The notes below the pieces were generated by a model. That model searched no databases and was not told the origin of the DNA. It saw only the letters and a list, made by a program, of their open reading frames with translations. Shown here piece after piece: positions 25,524-40,751 of a stretch of DNA of 64,000 nucleotides (positions are counted from its first letter, which is position 1; every line of letters begins with the position of its first letter). The stretch is from Octopus vulgaris. Taxonomy: Eukaryota. The stretch is from positions 151,156,001 to 151,220,000 of the forward strand of contig OX597815.1 of NCBI GenBank assembly GCA_951406725.2. The letters run 5' to 3'. The position numbers and the translations under genes are program-made.

Positions 25524-28500
25524 AGAGAGAGAGAGAGAGAAATACACACAAGCCTGCTCATTCTTTCTCTCTCCCTATTTCTACCAAAATCAGTCAATGA
25601 GATGGTTGTTCTCATCAATGAGGATAACTTTAAAGAATTAATATTTTTTGTCATAATGCTACATCAAGTACATTTGCACTGAAATTACTATTAAAATGAA
25701 CACCATGTCTTTAATCCTAGAATATATGCCCCTCCACAAACACACACACACAAGACAAAGACAGGAGGGCCACACCTAGTAACATCAACAGAATGCTTCA
25801 ATAACATAAGCCTGTTCGGGCAGAAGATGACTGGATTAACCCTCTGGCACTGAGATTATTCTGTCAAATGTAATGCTTATTGATTCACAGTGTTTAGAAA
25901 TTAATCATTGCATTATCTCATAGCTTTAAGATTTCGATAATGTGATGGCTTATATTTAGAATGACATTGTGCAGGTTTGGTGTGAGAGAGGCTGTATTTG
26001 GCCGGTTGGAGCATAGACCAGGTAGAATATTTGGGCCTGATATGGCCAGTTTAAATGTTAAACAGTTAAACTACAACACATAGAGAAATAGGAAGCATGC
26101 AGTTATGAGGCCCCTTAGTCCTGTCTCACCAAGGTCTATTCAACCTCTCTAATGGGAGAAATGCACTTAGTACACTTCTGTAAAGTGGTTGGCATTAGAA
26201 AGGGCATCCAACCATAGAAACCCAACCAAATGACACACATGAGCACCAGGCTTTAGGAACAGTGGCTCTCCCAATAAGGAATGACTTAAATCATAATGAT
26301 AATCCAACACATGATCAGATTAATTAGGTAATTTTCTAATGAGATCTTAAATGAACTAATATTCCGGTAATATTTCCTTCTCTTAAGGCGGAAAGCTGGC
26401 AGAAACGTTAGCACACCGGGCAAAATGCTTAGCGGTATTTCATCTGTCTTCACATTCTGAGTCAAATTCCGCCGAGATTGACTTTGCCTTTCATCCTTTC
26501 AGGGTCGATAAATTAAGTACCAGTTGCATAGTGAGGTCAATGTAATAAACTGGCCTCCTCCCCAAAAATTTTAGGCCTTGTGCCTAGAGTAGAAAAGAAT
26601 ATTTCCTTCTCTTATAAGGCAGTGGAGCTGGCAGAATTGTTAGCATGTCCAACAGAAAGCTTAGTGGCGTTTCATTCTGACTTTAAATTCCATTGAGGTT
26701 CAACTTTGCCTTCCATCCTTTCAGGATCGATAAAATAAGTACCAGTTGAGTACTGGGGTGTACATAATCAGCCTATCCCCTCACCCAACATTACTGGCCT
26801 TGTGCCAAAATTTGAAACCAGTATTTCCTTCTTACTTCATGAAATTATCTCCTACTTTTCTATGTGAATCACTAACAATTGCTGCTAGGCTTTTAGTTTC
26901 TTTCCCTAGCTTTAAGGGAAATTTCAATGAGCAGAGATTTTTTTTTTCTTTCTTTTTGCATACAGCATTTAGAACATGAACCTCCTAGCCTGAAGGCTCC
27001 CCTTACACCTTTGCAACCTCTAACTCCCACCCTTTGTGTTCTGTCCACCAGGGTCTAACCTGACATGTCATCATTAATTTTATTTCTCATTCTAGCTCCA
27101 CCCTGATTATTTCTACCTACTTTTATATAACCCTTTCTACAGTAGGTACAAGGCCTGGAATGTTGGGAGAGGGGGTAGTTGATTACTTCGACCCCAGTGC
27201 TCAACTGGTACTTAATTTATTGACCCCAAAAGGATGACAGGTAAAGTCAACCTCGGTAGAATTTGAGCTCAGAACTTAATGAGGGGCAGAATACTACTAA
27301 GCATTTTGTCCAGTGTTCTAACAATTCTTCCAGCTCGCCGCCTTCACCCACTTTTATATAAAGCAAGCAGACATGTAACTCCCTTACAGCAAGACACTTG
27401 TTCTAGCCCCAACCATTTCTCATCAAGCACAAAGCTATCTACTCCTCCAGTGGGGTTACTACATGGCAACCTTACTAGTGCTGGTACAATGCAAAATGCA
27501 CACAACACTATGTGTTGGAGTTCGGAAGAAATCCTAGCAAAGTAAACACTGGAACAGGATGCAATCTTCTGACCCAGCATCAAAAGTAAAAACTGAATGA
27601 TAATGTCAATGAGACTGCAACCACAAATAACCCCAACTCATTATCATCATCATTTAACGTCCATTCTCCATGCTGGCATGGGTTGGACGGTTTGACTGGG
27701 ATGGCACGCTGGAAGGCTGTGCCAGGCCCCAGTCTGATTTGGAATGGTTTTCTATGTCTGGATGTCCTTCCTAACGCCAACCACTCTGAGAGTGTAATGG
27801 GTGCTTTTATGTTTCACCGGCACAGGTGCCATTTGCCTGACACCAGTATCTGCCATGACTGCGATTTTGCTGGGCTTGATGGGTCTTCTTCTCAAACACA
27901 ACATAATGCCAAAGGCCTTGATCATTGCCTCTGTGAGGCCCAACACTCAAAAGGAACTATGCCCTACATGAGGCCCAACGCTCAAAATAAACTCAGCCAC
28001 TTTGCCTCCGTGAGGCACACTTGAAAGGAACTCAGCTACCTCATCAACGTGAGGTCCAACACTCAAAAGGAACTCAGCCACTATGCCCTCCATGAGGCCC
28101 AACACTCAAAAGGAACTCGGCCACTTTGCCTCATGGAGGCAAAGTGGCCGAGTTCCTTTCAAAAGAAAAGAAAAACAAATATTAAAAGTATAAAAGAGCA
28201 AATTACTGCGATAAAAAACATCAGAACTATGCCATCAAGAAAAAGAGAAAGGGTGGAAAGGAGGGAGGGAAGGAATTAAGCAGCAAAATATGGGTGGGGA
28301 GTAATAGATTGTACACCCCAAACCAAATATCAGGGGTGTACAATCAAATGTACATGCAATGTTTGGGGCCATGCTTCACAGACATAACTTCAAAGCCACT
28401 ACTACAGAGAATGACTGGTGACACTTGCTGCAAGAGCCACCCCCACCTCATAGGCCTATCAAGCATTTTTTTTTTTTGGAAATTATCATCCCCCAGTGTT

Positions 28501-31500
28501 TAAAAATCAAAACAAAAGTGATGTCCTTACTTGTTGTTGCTCTTGGAATGCCCATTTCACTAATTCTGAACTGGTAAAATTATCCACCTCTGGATAATTC
28601 TGAAAAAAATATTCAAAATAAAAATGCAATGAGGTTTTGTTTTCAAGAAATTAAACACAAACAAAATGCTAAATATTAGTAGTAGTAGTAGTAGTAGTAG
28701 TAGTAGCAGCAGCCACAGCATCGCTACATCCACCATTTGTTAATGATTGCCCACTACTCCTGGCGGATTGTTTTGGGTAGTCATTGCTGGAGAGGGTTTT
28801 ACAAGGTCAGAGTTCAAATCTTACCTCAACCACTTTTAGTTGCCATTTATGACATGCAATGGAAATTTCGGGTCTATTCTTCAACGTGTCAGTCTCCAGA
28901 CAGCTAAATACTGACCTTTAATGCACCATCGATTCATCAGCTTATCTGGGGGTTAGATGGATCTGCAAATTCAGATATTTGGTTTATTGACTAGATCACT
29001 GATAGACAACCTTTCTCAAAAACTGGTCTACAAAAATTCATGAGGAAAACTTCAAGGATCATCTAATATCTTTCTCTTTTTCGGATGTCATACCTACAGA
29101 TATTGATAACCATAGATCGTTGTGTATATACCATTCGAGTGTAATCGTTGCCAGCATCACCTTACTGGCACATGTGCTGGTGGCACAAGGAAAACAACAT
29201 TCGAGCGGGGTCGTTGTCAGTGCCAATGGACTGACTCCCATGCAGGTAGCACGTAAAAAACAGCTTTTGAGCGTGGTCGTTACCAGAACTACCTGACTGA
29301 CCCTTGTGCCGGTGGCATGTAAAAGCACCCACTACATTCTCAGAGTAGTTAGCATTAGGAAGGGCATCCAGCTGTAGAAACTCTGCCAGATCAGATTGGA
29401 TCCTGGTGCAGCCATCTGGCTCGCCAGTCCTCAGTCAAACCGTCCAACCCACGGAAAGAAAACGTTAAACAATGATGATGATGATGATATACACATGCAC
29501 AAACATACAAAGCTTAGAACAGTTAAACTTAAGATGTACAAATTTCTAATTAAATGACCTGGGAGTGTTTCAACAAAAATGGACTAGTGGTAAAATTATT
29601 ATAGCAGCTAAACAAGGAGAAAGAGGAAACACTACCAGTAATATTAGTAAATGATATTGTTACCCCAAATGTATATTCATGTGATTATGTCAAATTATTT
29701 TTTTTTAATATTTATGTTTTTCTATCTGTCACACACAAACACACACATTTCCACTTTATGAATATACCACATAAATAAATATTGTGGTCAACTTTTAACT
29801 GCAAGTTAAAGTTAAGAAATATTAGCATAAAATTTAAATGAAACATTGAAGAAACAGATTTTTTTAATTATGCAAAGCATGATTATTTAATAAACTTTCA
29901 GCATTTCACCAGATTAAACTATTTTAGTAAAATTTCTGATTTATTGGCTTATAAATCAATCCATTTCTTAATGCCAAATGTTCAGAATGTAAATGGTAAA
30001 TGCTAATTAAATTGACTACATGAAAGTAGTAGACTGAGCAAAGTTGAATCATATCCATCTATTTATCTAAGGTTTAATAAACAAGGAGCTCTGAGCATAA
30101 CCTTTGCAGGCCAGCCAAAATGACCTTAGATGCCCATCTTAAGCTAAAAAAGAAACCAGATGTTAATGAAGCCTTCCACCTCCACCACCACTCCACACAC
30201 ACACATACACAAATACACACACACACACACACACAAACACATGGACAAATCATCATCATCATCATCGTTTAACATCCGTTTTCCATGCTGGCATGGGTTG
30301 GATGGTTTGAATGAGGTCTGGAGAGCCAGCAGCTGCACCAGGCTCCAATCTTATCTGGCAAAGTTTCTACAGCTAGATGCCCTTCCTAACGCCAACCACT
30401 CCGAGAGTGTAGTGGGTGCTTTTTACATGCCACTGGCACAGGAGCCAGTCAGGCGAACCTAGCATCAATCACGTTCGGATAGTGCCTTTTACATACCACT
30501 GGCACAGGGGCCAGTCACTGAGTACTTGCATCAGCCATGTTCGGATGGTGCTTTTTACGTGCCATCGGCACGGGGGCCCAGTCAGGAGGTACTTGCATCG
30601 GCCACATTCGGATGGTGCTTTTTACATGCCACCGGAACAGGAGCAAGTCAGGGGGCACTGACCAAAAATTAAACTCCTATAGTACTCATTTACTGGTTGA
30701 AGCTAGTTGGGTGTGTTCATACTGGAGCATCACCAATTTGGATCTAGAGCGGTCATTTCAAATGACCAGGTGGCATGCACCAAAACACACTTGCACAAGC
30801 AGTGCAGCGAACTGCAAGGATGAACTAGACAGCTGAAATGAAGAATTTAACCAAAAATCATACATACCAATATGATACTGCCATGTTTCACCAAAACTGC
30901 CGAACTACTTTTGGGTGGCATATTTAATATATCGGTATGATAAGGAGAAGTTAGAACTCCAAACTTGAGTATTTGAACAGGACCTGAAATAAAGAGAAAA
31001 ATGTATGAGGGTGGATTGCTAACATAACTGGGGTGGAACAAAGAAAACCCGAGAGAAAATGGTAAGGTTAGATTACAGAATATTTGTTCTTTACAGACAA
31101 GATAACAGAGGATTTATGTTGTTTTATGCTGTTAGTGGTACCCAAAAATGTATAAAGAAATAGGCATTAAAATTATTGGGAGAAGTAGATAAGATGCAGG
31201 TAAGAGGAGACAGATGGAAGAAGTGGGAGGAAGTACGGGGAGGAACAGAGGAAGAGGGAGAGTGAGGATGGAGAAAGGGTAGGAGTGAGATGGGTAAAGA
31301 GAGAATGGGAGGAAGGTGGAGGGCAACAAATGAGGCAGAGGAGGAGTGAGGAGGACGACAACGACTATGATGGACGCAGTAAAGAGTCAAACTACAGAAG
31401 ATGAGGAGGAGGCACATAAAATAAAACCATATCATCATCATCATCATCGTTTAATGTCTGCCTTCCATGTTGGCACGAGTGGGATGGTTTTGCAAGAGCC

Positions 31501-33368
31501 AGCCAGGCCAAAGCCTGCACCAGATTTTTGTGACTGTTTTACATCCATATTAGAAAGAGCATTGGTGTTAGGAAGGGCATCCAGCTGTAGAAACTTTGCC
31601 AGATCAGATTGGAGCCTGGTGCAGCCTCTGGTTCACCAGTCCTCAGTCAAACCATCCAACCCATGCCAGCATGGAAAGCAGACGTTAAACAATGATGATG
31701 ATGATTTTTCTATGGTGATGAATAAAGGTTCAGGCATTCTTTTACAACCAGGGACTCTTCTTGTCATAAACACTTATCAGTTTTACAAGTGACGGATCCC
31801 TTATTCCACATATCTTTGAATGCATAAAACCAGTAAACAATTTGCAGACAGGGGATAACTAGTAATTAACCATTATTTAATAAAAAAAAAAACAAGTAGA
31901 AAAACGTAAAAAGTACTTACTTCGTTCAATTGCTCTCATTGAAGCGTAATAAAACTGTTGATATCCTGGTGGTTGAGGGGAGGAATTAAAATCAAAATAA
32001 CCAATTACAGCATTCTAGAAAAGAAAAACGGTAAAATAAATATATAAAAGAAATAAGAAACATTTTGCTGGGTTTTTCATATGTTTGTTTTTAGAAAATT
32101 TGTAAGTACTTTGTGTTGTTAACAGTTCTTTGGCATGCTGGAACACCACATTCTTAGAAGTAGTGTCATTTGTTTCCAGTCTTCCATGGAAATCTGTTGA
32201 CCCATGTCAAAATACGAGACCATAGTAATGAAGCTAAAGCAGGCAGAGTGCAGCCACCTGGCAAAGAATGACCTTGACCGCTGCTGTGCATGCACAACAA
32301 GTTCTAATGTTCTAGCTCACTTCTGCTGTTTACAGCAGTACCTGGAGGGAAGGTGTGTCACATTGACCATGACAGAAAGTTGTCATGGCGATACCTGTTC
32401 AGAGGCCAACACAAAGTTGCAGAAAGCATGTGGAGAGGTATGAATGAACTGCACACAAGTGTACAAGTGATTCAGACGTTTCCAAGATGGCTGAAAAAAT
32501 GTCAATAGTGACGAACGTTTAGGGAGACCAGCAACCAGCAGAACTGAGTAAAACATTGCAGATGTGTGTGCAGCTGTAAGGGAAAATTGTCAAATCACCA
32601 TCCATGAGTTATCAGAGAATGTGCAGATTAGTTACAATTCAGTTCGGTCGGTTATCACTGAAGATTTGTGTACGAGACGTCTCTGCTAAGTTTGTGCTAA
32701 AATTGTTTCCAGCTGACCAAAAAGACACTTGGGTTTCAGTTGCACAAGATCTCTTTGATTGTGTCGAGAACGTAGAGAACTTTTTGAAAACTTTGCATAG
32801 GCCACTGAGCAGATATCGCCAAGCCTTTGGCAAAATTTGATGCCGATTCTCAGCTAAATTCTCTCTCATGGCCAATGCAACAATCACATGCTACACACCT
32901 TCCTTCCAAGCACTGCTGTAAATAGCGGAAGTGAGCTAGAACATTAAAACTTGGTGCATATGCACAACAGAGTTCAAGATCAATCTGTGCTCAGCAGCTG
33001 CACTCTGTGTGCTTTAGCTTTGTTACTATAGCAACAGTCTGGCTACTTATTGATCAGACCACATATTACAATGCTGGGAAACAGGTGAGAGTCAGTAATA
33101 CAAATGGCATCTGACTATACAGAATCTGCATCATCAAATTCCATCTGACTTCTTGGAGCATGGATAAGTGGATGCTGGTGATGATGATGACGATGATCTT
33201 TTACCTTCTCTCTTACTTGTTCTGGTGATTAAACTGTGGTCATGCTGGGGCGCCACCCTGAAGAATTTTAGTCAGACAAATCAACTTCAGTAATTTATTA
33301 TTTCTTCAGTAATTCATTATTACTCAAATAAGTACCCACCAAATTTCAGGGCTTGTGCCAATAATAGG

Positions 33369-33403
<35 letters not shown>

Positions 33404-35083
33404 TATTAGTAGTAGTCATCATCATCGTTTAGCGTCCGTCTTCCATGCTAGCATGGGTTGGACTCCATTATTTTTATTATTATTATTATATTATTATTAT
33501 TATTACTATTACTACTACTACTACTAGTAGTAGTAGTAGTAGTATTGCTATTATTTCATTAAGACAATTAGTATTTAAGAAAGAGACATAGATATATTAG
33601 AAAGAAATACTCACATCATGTAAAGAAACAAACTTCTTGATACCCTTTTCATCAAAGAGATGTGTAATTGGATAAATAAGGTTTTCAAGGAAATGTACAA
33701 AATAATCAGCTGTAGGGATACCTGTAATTATATAAAAAAATAAATCATTATTGAAATATCATCATTATCATCATTGTTGTTCAACGTCTGCTTTCCCTGA
33801 TGGCATGGGTTTGACTAAGGTCTGGCAAGCCAGGAGGCTGCATCAGGCTCCAATCTGATCTGGCAAGGTTTCTACAGCTTGATGCCCTTCCTAATGCCAA
33901 CCACTCCAAGAGTGTAGTGGATGCTTTTTCGTGCCACCGGCATGGGAGCCAGTCAGATGGCACTGACATCGACCACACTCAAATGGTACTTTTTACATGT
34001 CATCAGCATGGGAGCCAGTCAGGCGGTACTGACATCAACCACACTCAAATGGTACTTTTTACATGTCACGGCACGGGAGCCAGTCTTGCGACACTGACAT
34101 TGACCATGCTCAAATGGTGCTTTTTACATGCCACGGAACGGGAGCCAGTCTTGCGACACTGACATCGACCATGCTCAAATGGTGCTTTTTACATGCCACA
34201 GCACGGGAGCCAGTCATGCGACACTGACATCGACCATGTTCAAATGGTGCTTTTTACATGCCAGTGGCACAGGTGCTGGTTAGGCGATACTCACATTGGC
34301 CATGACAACAAAATGATTAACTATATTCACACTTTAATAATATTTGTAGATGCTTCCATATCGTCTAATGCTATGTCATGGTCCATCAACTGTTTTCATG
34401 TCCACTTTTCTACGCTTGCATTGGTTTGACTAAATTTACTGAGGCAGATTTTCTACAGTTGGATGTCCTTCCTGTTGCCAACCCTCATCTGCTTCAAAGC
34501 AAAGTGATATTTCCCTATAGTCAGACATGTATTCACAGAAGACTGGAAATGAATGAATTGCGCATATGACAGTGACAAACCACCTCTGTAATTAGTGACA
34601 GCACTGTAAAATTACCAAATGTTTAATTGGCTTGCTAACAATGGGCTTCACTCCTATTATGAGTGTGTCTTGAAAAAGTGTGAGGTCCCACTTGTTTCAT
34701 AAATATGACCAAGTAAATCATATTGACATATTAACCATTTTCTCTGAGAGAGAACTATGGATTGGAAACATCATCATTATTGTTTAACATCTGCCTTCCA
34801 TGCTGGCATAGATGGGACGCTTTGACAGGAGCCAGTCAGGCCGAAGCCTGCACTAGACTTCTGTGATTGTTTTGGCAGGAATTTTACAGCTGGATGCCTT
34901 TTCTAACACCAAACACCCAGCATAAAATTAACAAGATTAGGTGTCAGAGAGGAGCTTCAAGTAAAACCATGCCAGTGTAAGTACAGTGTGGTTTATGTTG
35001 CTTCCAAGTGTTTGGACTCCTGTCTTTAGCAAAGCTGGTGTCTTTAAAAAAAAGCACCCTTGTTACATATAGTTCTTTTATAT

Positions 35084-35127
<44 letters not shown>

Positions 35128-36636
35128 GTGACTGTGTAGTAAAAAGCTTGCTTCCCAACCAAATGATTCTAGGTTCAGTCCCATTGTATGGCACCTTGAG
35201 CAAGTGTCTTCTACTATAGCCTCAGACTGACCAAAGCCTTGTGAGTGGATTTGGTAGGCAGAAACTGAAAGAAGCCCATCATATATATAGCAAGCATGGA
35301 AAAGTACATGGCTGTGTGGTAAGTAGCTTGTGTGAGTGTGTGTATGTTTGTCCCTCCACCATTGCTTGACAACCGATGTTGATGTGTTTACATTCCCGTA
35401 ACTTAGCAGTTCGGCAAAAAAGACCAATAGGATAAGTACAAGGCTTACAAAAAATAAGCCCTGGGGTCAATTTGTTCAACTAAAAGGCAGTGCTCCAGCA
35501 TGGCCACATTCAAATGACTGAAACAAATTAAAATATAAAAGAAAAAAAGAATATGATGATGATGATGTATTTACATATTCAACATAGTAGACATTAAAAA
35601 AACTGGTGACACATAAAAGGCACCCATGATGGTGGCACATAAAAGGGCACTCCAGACAGTGGCACATAAAAGGTACCCATGACAGTGACACGTAAGAAGC
35701 AACCGTGACGGTGACATGTAGAAGGACCCACTACACTCTTGGAATGGTTGACATTAGGAAGGGCATCCAGCTGTAAAAACCAAAACTAAATCAGCCTGGA
35801 ACCTGTTGCAGTTCTCTGGCTTACTAGTTCCAGTCAAACCATCTAACCCATGCCAGCAAGGAAAACGGATGTTAAATGATTATGATGCTGATGATGATCT
35901 AGAAATAATCATGTGGTGAAGGAAAAAGAAATTATTAGCCAAACACATGTACAATTACAGCAAGTAAGGGAGAGAACTGCAGACATGCTTTAGCCTTATT
36001 GAAACCTCATTATAGAAAACTGAATAAATGGTTATACCTGTGTACTGAAAACCATCCAAGTTGGTGTGATAAACATACAACATTGGATGGGATATGAATT
36101 TATACTTTCGATGACATTCTCCTTCATTCCACCAACAATTAACAGCCACAAACTTGACCTGAAAATAGTGAGACATAATTATATATAAATGTTGATAATT
36201 ATCTGTGTACGTGAGTGTGTGTGTGTGTGTGTGTTTTTATTAGTATTAAGCAGAAGTAACAGATTGACTCAACTTCCTGCTTTGTTATACAAAAACTCTG
36301 AAAACAATACATTCAGAATTCTCAACTATAATATATAACTCACATCAATGCAACAACAATAACTACATACTGGATTAAGTGCTTCAAGTGGAAACAGCTG
36401 GGATTTTACCTTACCTACCTTCCTACATTGAATATACACACACACATATATATATGCATACATACATATACATACACACACATACACATTTATATAAACA
36501 ATAAATATATATATACGTACACATACATACATATATATACAGATACACAGAAACATATCTATATGCACAAACACACACATTTATATAATGTGTGTGTTTA
36601 TATATATGTGTGTATATATATGTGTGTGTATATATA

Positions 36637-36682
<46 letters not shown>

Positions 36683-39600
36683 TACATATATATATATACA
36701 TATGCATAAACACACACATTTACATATTAACTTTTAAAGCTTTGACACAACAAAACACACACACATACACACACACAATATTATGATGTGGTTTGTGAAA
36801 TTCTGAAAAATTTATATATTTATTTAGAAAACTAACTTCTGAGACTGTTTAAAATTGGGTACCTTTACTGACACAGACCACACAGCTATGAAATAATAGT
36901 ACCTTATTTTCAACTCCAGTGAATTAAGTAATTGGAATTATAGCAAGGCTGTCAACTTATGACCTAGCAAATCTATCGACCAACCCTTCAGACATACATT
37001 CAATACGTTGCCCTATTAAACTAGTTCATTAAACTTGGATACTAAAGCACAATTAAGAACAATTACAGGCTGTGTACTTGAGTCAATAATGAACTTTAAT
37101 GACACACTTAGTATCTATTTACTGTTAGATAGACTAAGCCATTTGCAGATAATTTCTCACAACATTCAGTTGATTCTCCTCCAGTTCTACAGATTGAGTT
37201 ATACAGCATCATCATCATCATTTAATGTCCGTGTTCCATGCTAGCATGGGTGGGACAGTACCACAAGAGCTGGCCAGGCCGAAGCCTGCACCAGACTTCT
37301 ATGACTATTTTGACAGGAATTTTGCAGCTGGATGCCCTTCCTAACAACAACCACTCAGCAGAGTGGACTTAGCGTTTTTTTATGTGGCACAGGCACAGGC
37401 AAGGTCTGTTTTGGTAAGGTTTTTTCAGCTGGATGCCCTTCCAAACACGAACCACTTTACAGTGTAGACTAGATGCTTTTAAGTGGCACCTGCACTGACA
37501 GGGCTACCATTGTTATAATATCCACTTTTCCATGGTCATATGGATGAGACAGAATTCAGTGAGGCAACTGGATGCCCTTCCTGTCACCATTCCTTAACTG
37601 TTTCTATGCAAATATTTCCCTTTGGCTGGACAAGTTTTCATGGAAGTTTGAAAACAAAGGACACCAGCTCTGCATGAAGGCGACACTTGTTTAAAACTAT
37701 CAAACAATGTCAAGACAAGGAGACAAAACACACACCCCGCCCATGGCTATTGCCAGCCTCGCCTGGCCTCCGTGCCGGTGGCATGTAAAAAGCACCATCC
37801 GATCATGGCCGCTTGCCAGCCTCGTCTGGCACCTGTGCCGGTGGCACATAAAAAGTACCCACTACACTCATGAAGTGGTTGGCGTTAGGAAGGGCATCCA
37901 GCCGTAGAAACATTGCCAGATCAGACTGGGTCTGGTGCAGCCTTCTGGCTTCCCAGACCCCAGTTGAACCGTCCAACCCATGCCAGCATGGGCCCACCCA
38001 TATTTCATCCCCATGGCACCATCCATGAAAGCGGACGCTAAACGATGATGATGATGATGACATCATCATCTGTTAATATCTGTCTTCTATGCTGGCATGG
38101 GTTGGATGGTCTTCCAGGACTGCACCAAGCCCCACTATTTCTGCATGGTTTTTATCGTTGGAGGCCCTTCCTAACACCACTTACATATACACACATGACA
38201 GGCCTCTTTCTGCCTACCAGAGGCACTCACAAAGCTTTGGTTAGCCCAGGGCTATAGAAGAAAACACTTGCCCAAGGTGCTGCACAGTGGTACTGAACTG
38301 AAAACCTTTGTAATTGGGAAGCCAGAGTTAAATACTCACAGAAATTAATATTATTATTACATGGTATCTTTTTACACTTAAACAGACTGGGCCAGTTACA
38401 GCTATGCTTCCTTTTCACTCTTATCTCTCTATCACACAATTCTCATCATGGAAGATAGCAAGGGGCCCAACCATATTTCATCCCCATGGCACCATCCTCT
38501 TCATCTTACTTTTCTTGCCTATTATGAGGGCTTTGTATAAGAAACTGCACTGGACCTGGTGTACACAATACACTTTACCTTGACCTTTTCTGTCCTGCCA
38601 GTCATCACTCTCTCTCCCAACAAAGACTTTCTTTCTGCATTCCATAAATTTGCTTTCACCCACCCATTCCAGCCCTTTTCCTTCAATCTCTCTCCCATCA
38701 ATTCCTTGGTTATATAACCTTGAGCATACATACATATCTCAATATTCTGAGTACTTTTAACTCATGTGGGGTACAAAGGAACACTTCTAGTACAACTGCT
38801 ACAATATAACGCACCCAGTACACTCTCTACAGTCAGTGAATGCTTCTCTGCTCCCCTACCAGGTCTCCTGGTACTGACACCCTCCATCATTCACTCTTGC
38901 TATTCATGTACCTCTATTACTATCCATCGCACTCTCACTCCATCTTCTACTCTTTCACCCTAATCACTTTGCCTCTACTAATTACACTTTCACTCCTCTC
39001 TCACACCCATCTTGATTCTTCTGTCATTGCTATCTCTTCTATTCACCTCCTCAACCACATAACCCTAAGCAAGCAAACATTTTATTGAGTGGTGAGGACT
39101 CTCTTATCTCTGTGTACAGAAAACCCCAATATTGTAGGGGCCCTACAAGTGGTAGTGCTGCAATAAAAAGGAACCCAGTACACTCTGTAAAGTAGTTTCG
39201 TATTAGGAAGGGCATCAAGCTGTAGAAACTAACCCTTCAATTTAGCAAACTTTCAGTAAGTATAAATAGATACACTTTTGCCCAAATGGTTGAGTTCCCT
39301 TCGAGTGTTGGGCCTCTCGGAGGCAATGACCAAGACCTTTGGCATTATGTCGTGCTTGAGAAGAAGACCCACCAAGCTGAGCAAAATCAAAGTCATGACA
39401 GATACCTATGTCTCATTAGTCATAGCAGATACCTGTGTCATGCAAGTGGCATGTAAAAGCTCTGATTACACTCTCGTTAGGAAGTTGACTGGCAGATACC
39501 TGTGTCATATTAATCGTGACAGATACCTTTGTCAGGCAAGTGGCATGTAAAAGCTCTCATTACACTCTTGTTTGGAAGTTGGTTGGCAGATACCTGTGTC

Positions 39601-40070
39601 TTGTTAGTTGTGGCAGATACCTGTGTCAGGCAAGTGGCGTGTAAAAGCTCTCATTACACTCTTGTCAGGGAGAAGAGCATCCAACCATAGAAAACTATGC
39701 CAAATCAGACAGGGGTTTGGTGCAGCCTTCCAGCTTGCCAGCCCTGGTCAAACCATCCAACCCATGCCCACATGGACAACAGACGTTAAATGATGAAGAT
39801 GATGATTTATATGTACATGGTATTGATATAATAAGATACATTAAGGCAGTGCATTGAGCTGACAGAACCATTAAGCACACTGGCCAAAATGCTTAGTGGC
39901 ATTTTGACTGTCTGTTTGTTCTGAGTTCAAATTCCACCAGTCAACTTTGCCGTTCATCCTTTCAGGGTTGATAAAATAAGTACCAGTTGAGTACTGGGGT
40001 CAATGTAATCAACCTACTGTCTACTCTGAAATTGCTGGCCTTGTGCCTAAATTTGAAACCATTATTATTA

Positions 40071-40115
<45 letters not shown>

Positions 40116-40709
40116 TGTCTTTGCACAGCTTCTAACGCTAGGGATGTACAATGGTGTCAGCTGTTCACTACCAGTAAACTAAAGTAACACCCCTTATTTT
40201 TCGAGCACCATCCAGAGTATTAGAGCGGTCCCAAGCAGTGCTGTTTTCTGTAAATGCTCCACTCTTATTGCAGCCCCTATACCTTCCATGTACTTCTCAA
40301 GATTTTTACTCACTGTTCCAAGAACTCCAACAATTACTAGTACTACTACCACCTTTTTTCGGCGACCACAACTGCTTATCCTCCCAAGCTAACCTGTCAT
40401 ATCTATCGACTTTTCTTTCTTCCTCATTGTATACCTTGTTATCAGCTGGGCATGCTATATCTATGATCCAGCGCTGTTTGCTTTCTTTGTCATTATTATT
40501 ATTATTATTATTAAGACAGCAAGCTAGCAGAATCATAAGAGCGCCAGAAAAAATGCTTAGTGTCATTTTACTCGTCTTTATGTCCTGAGTTCAAATTGTC
40601 ACAGTCAACTTTGTCTTTTATCCTTTCAGGATCGATAAATTAAGTACCAGTTAAGTGCTGGGGTCAATGTCTGCCCTGAAATTGCTGGCCTTGTGCCAAA
40701 ATTTGAAAC

Positions 40710-40751
<42 letters not shown>

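Noticed and set aside
33930-34275. Regularly spaced repeats resembling a CRISPR array
   Set aside because: The units are contiguous tandem copies without unique spacers, lie inside a eukaryotic retroposon, and have no cas genes nearby.
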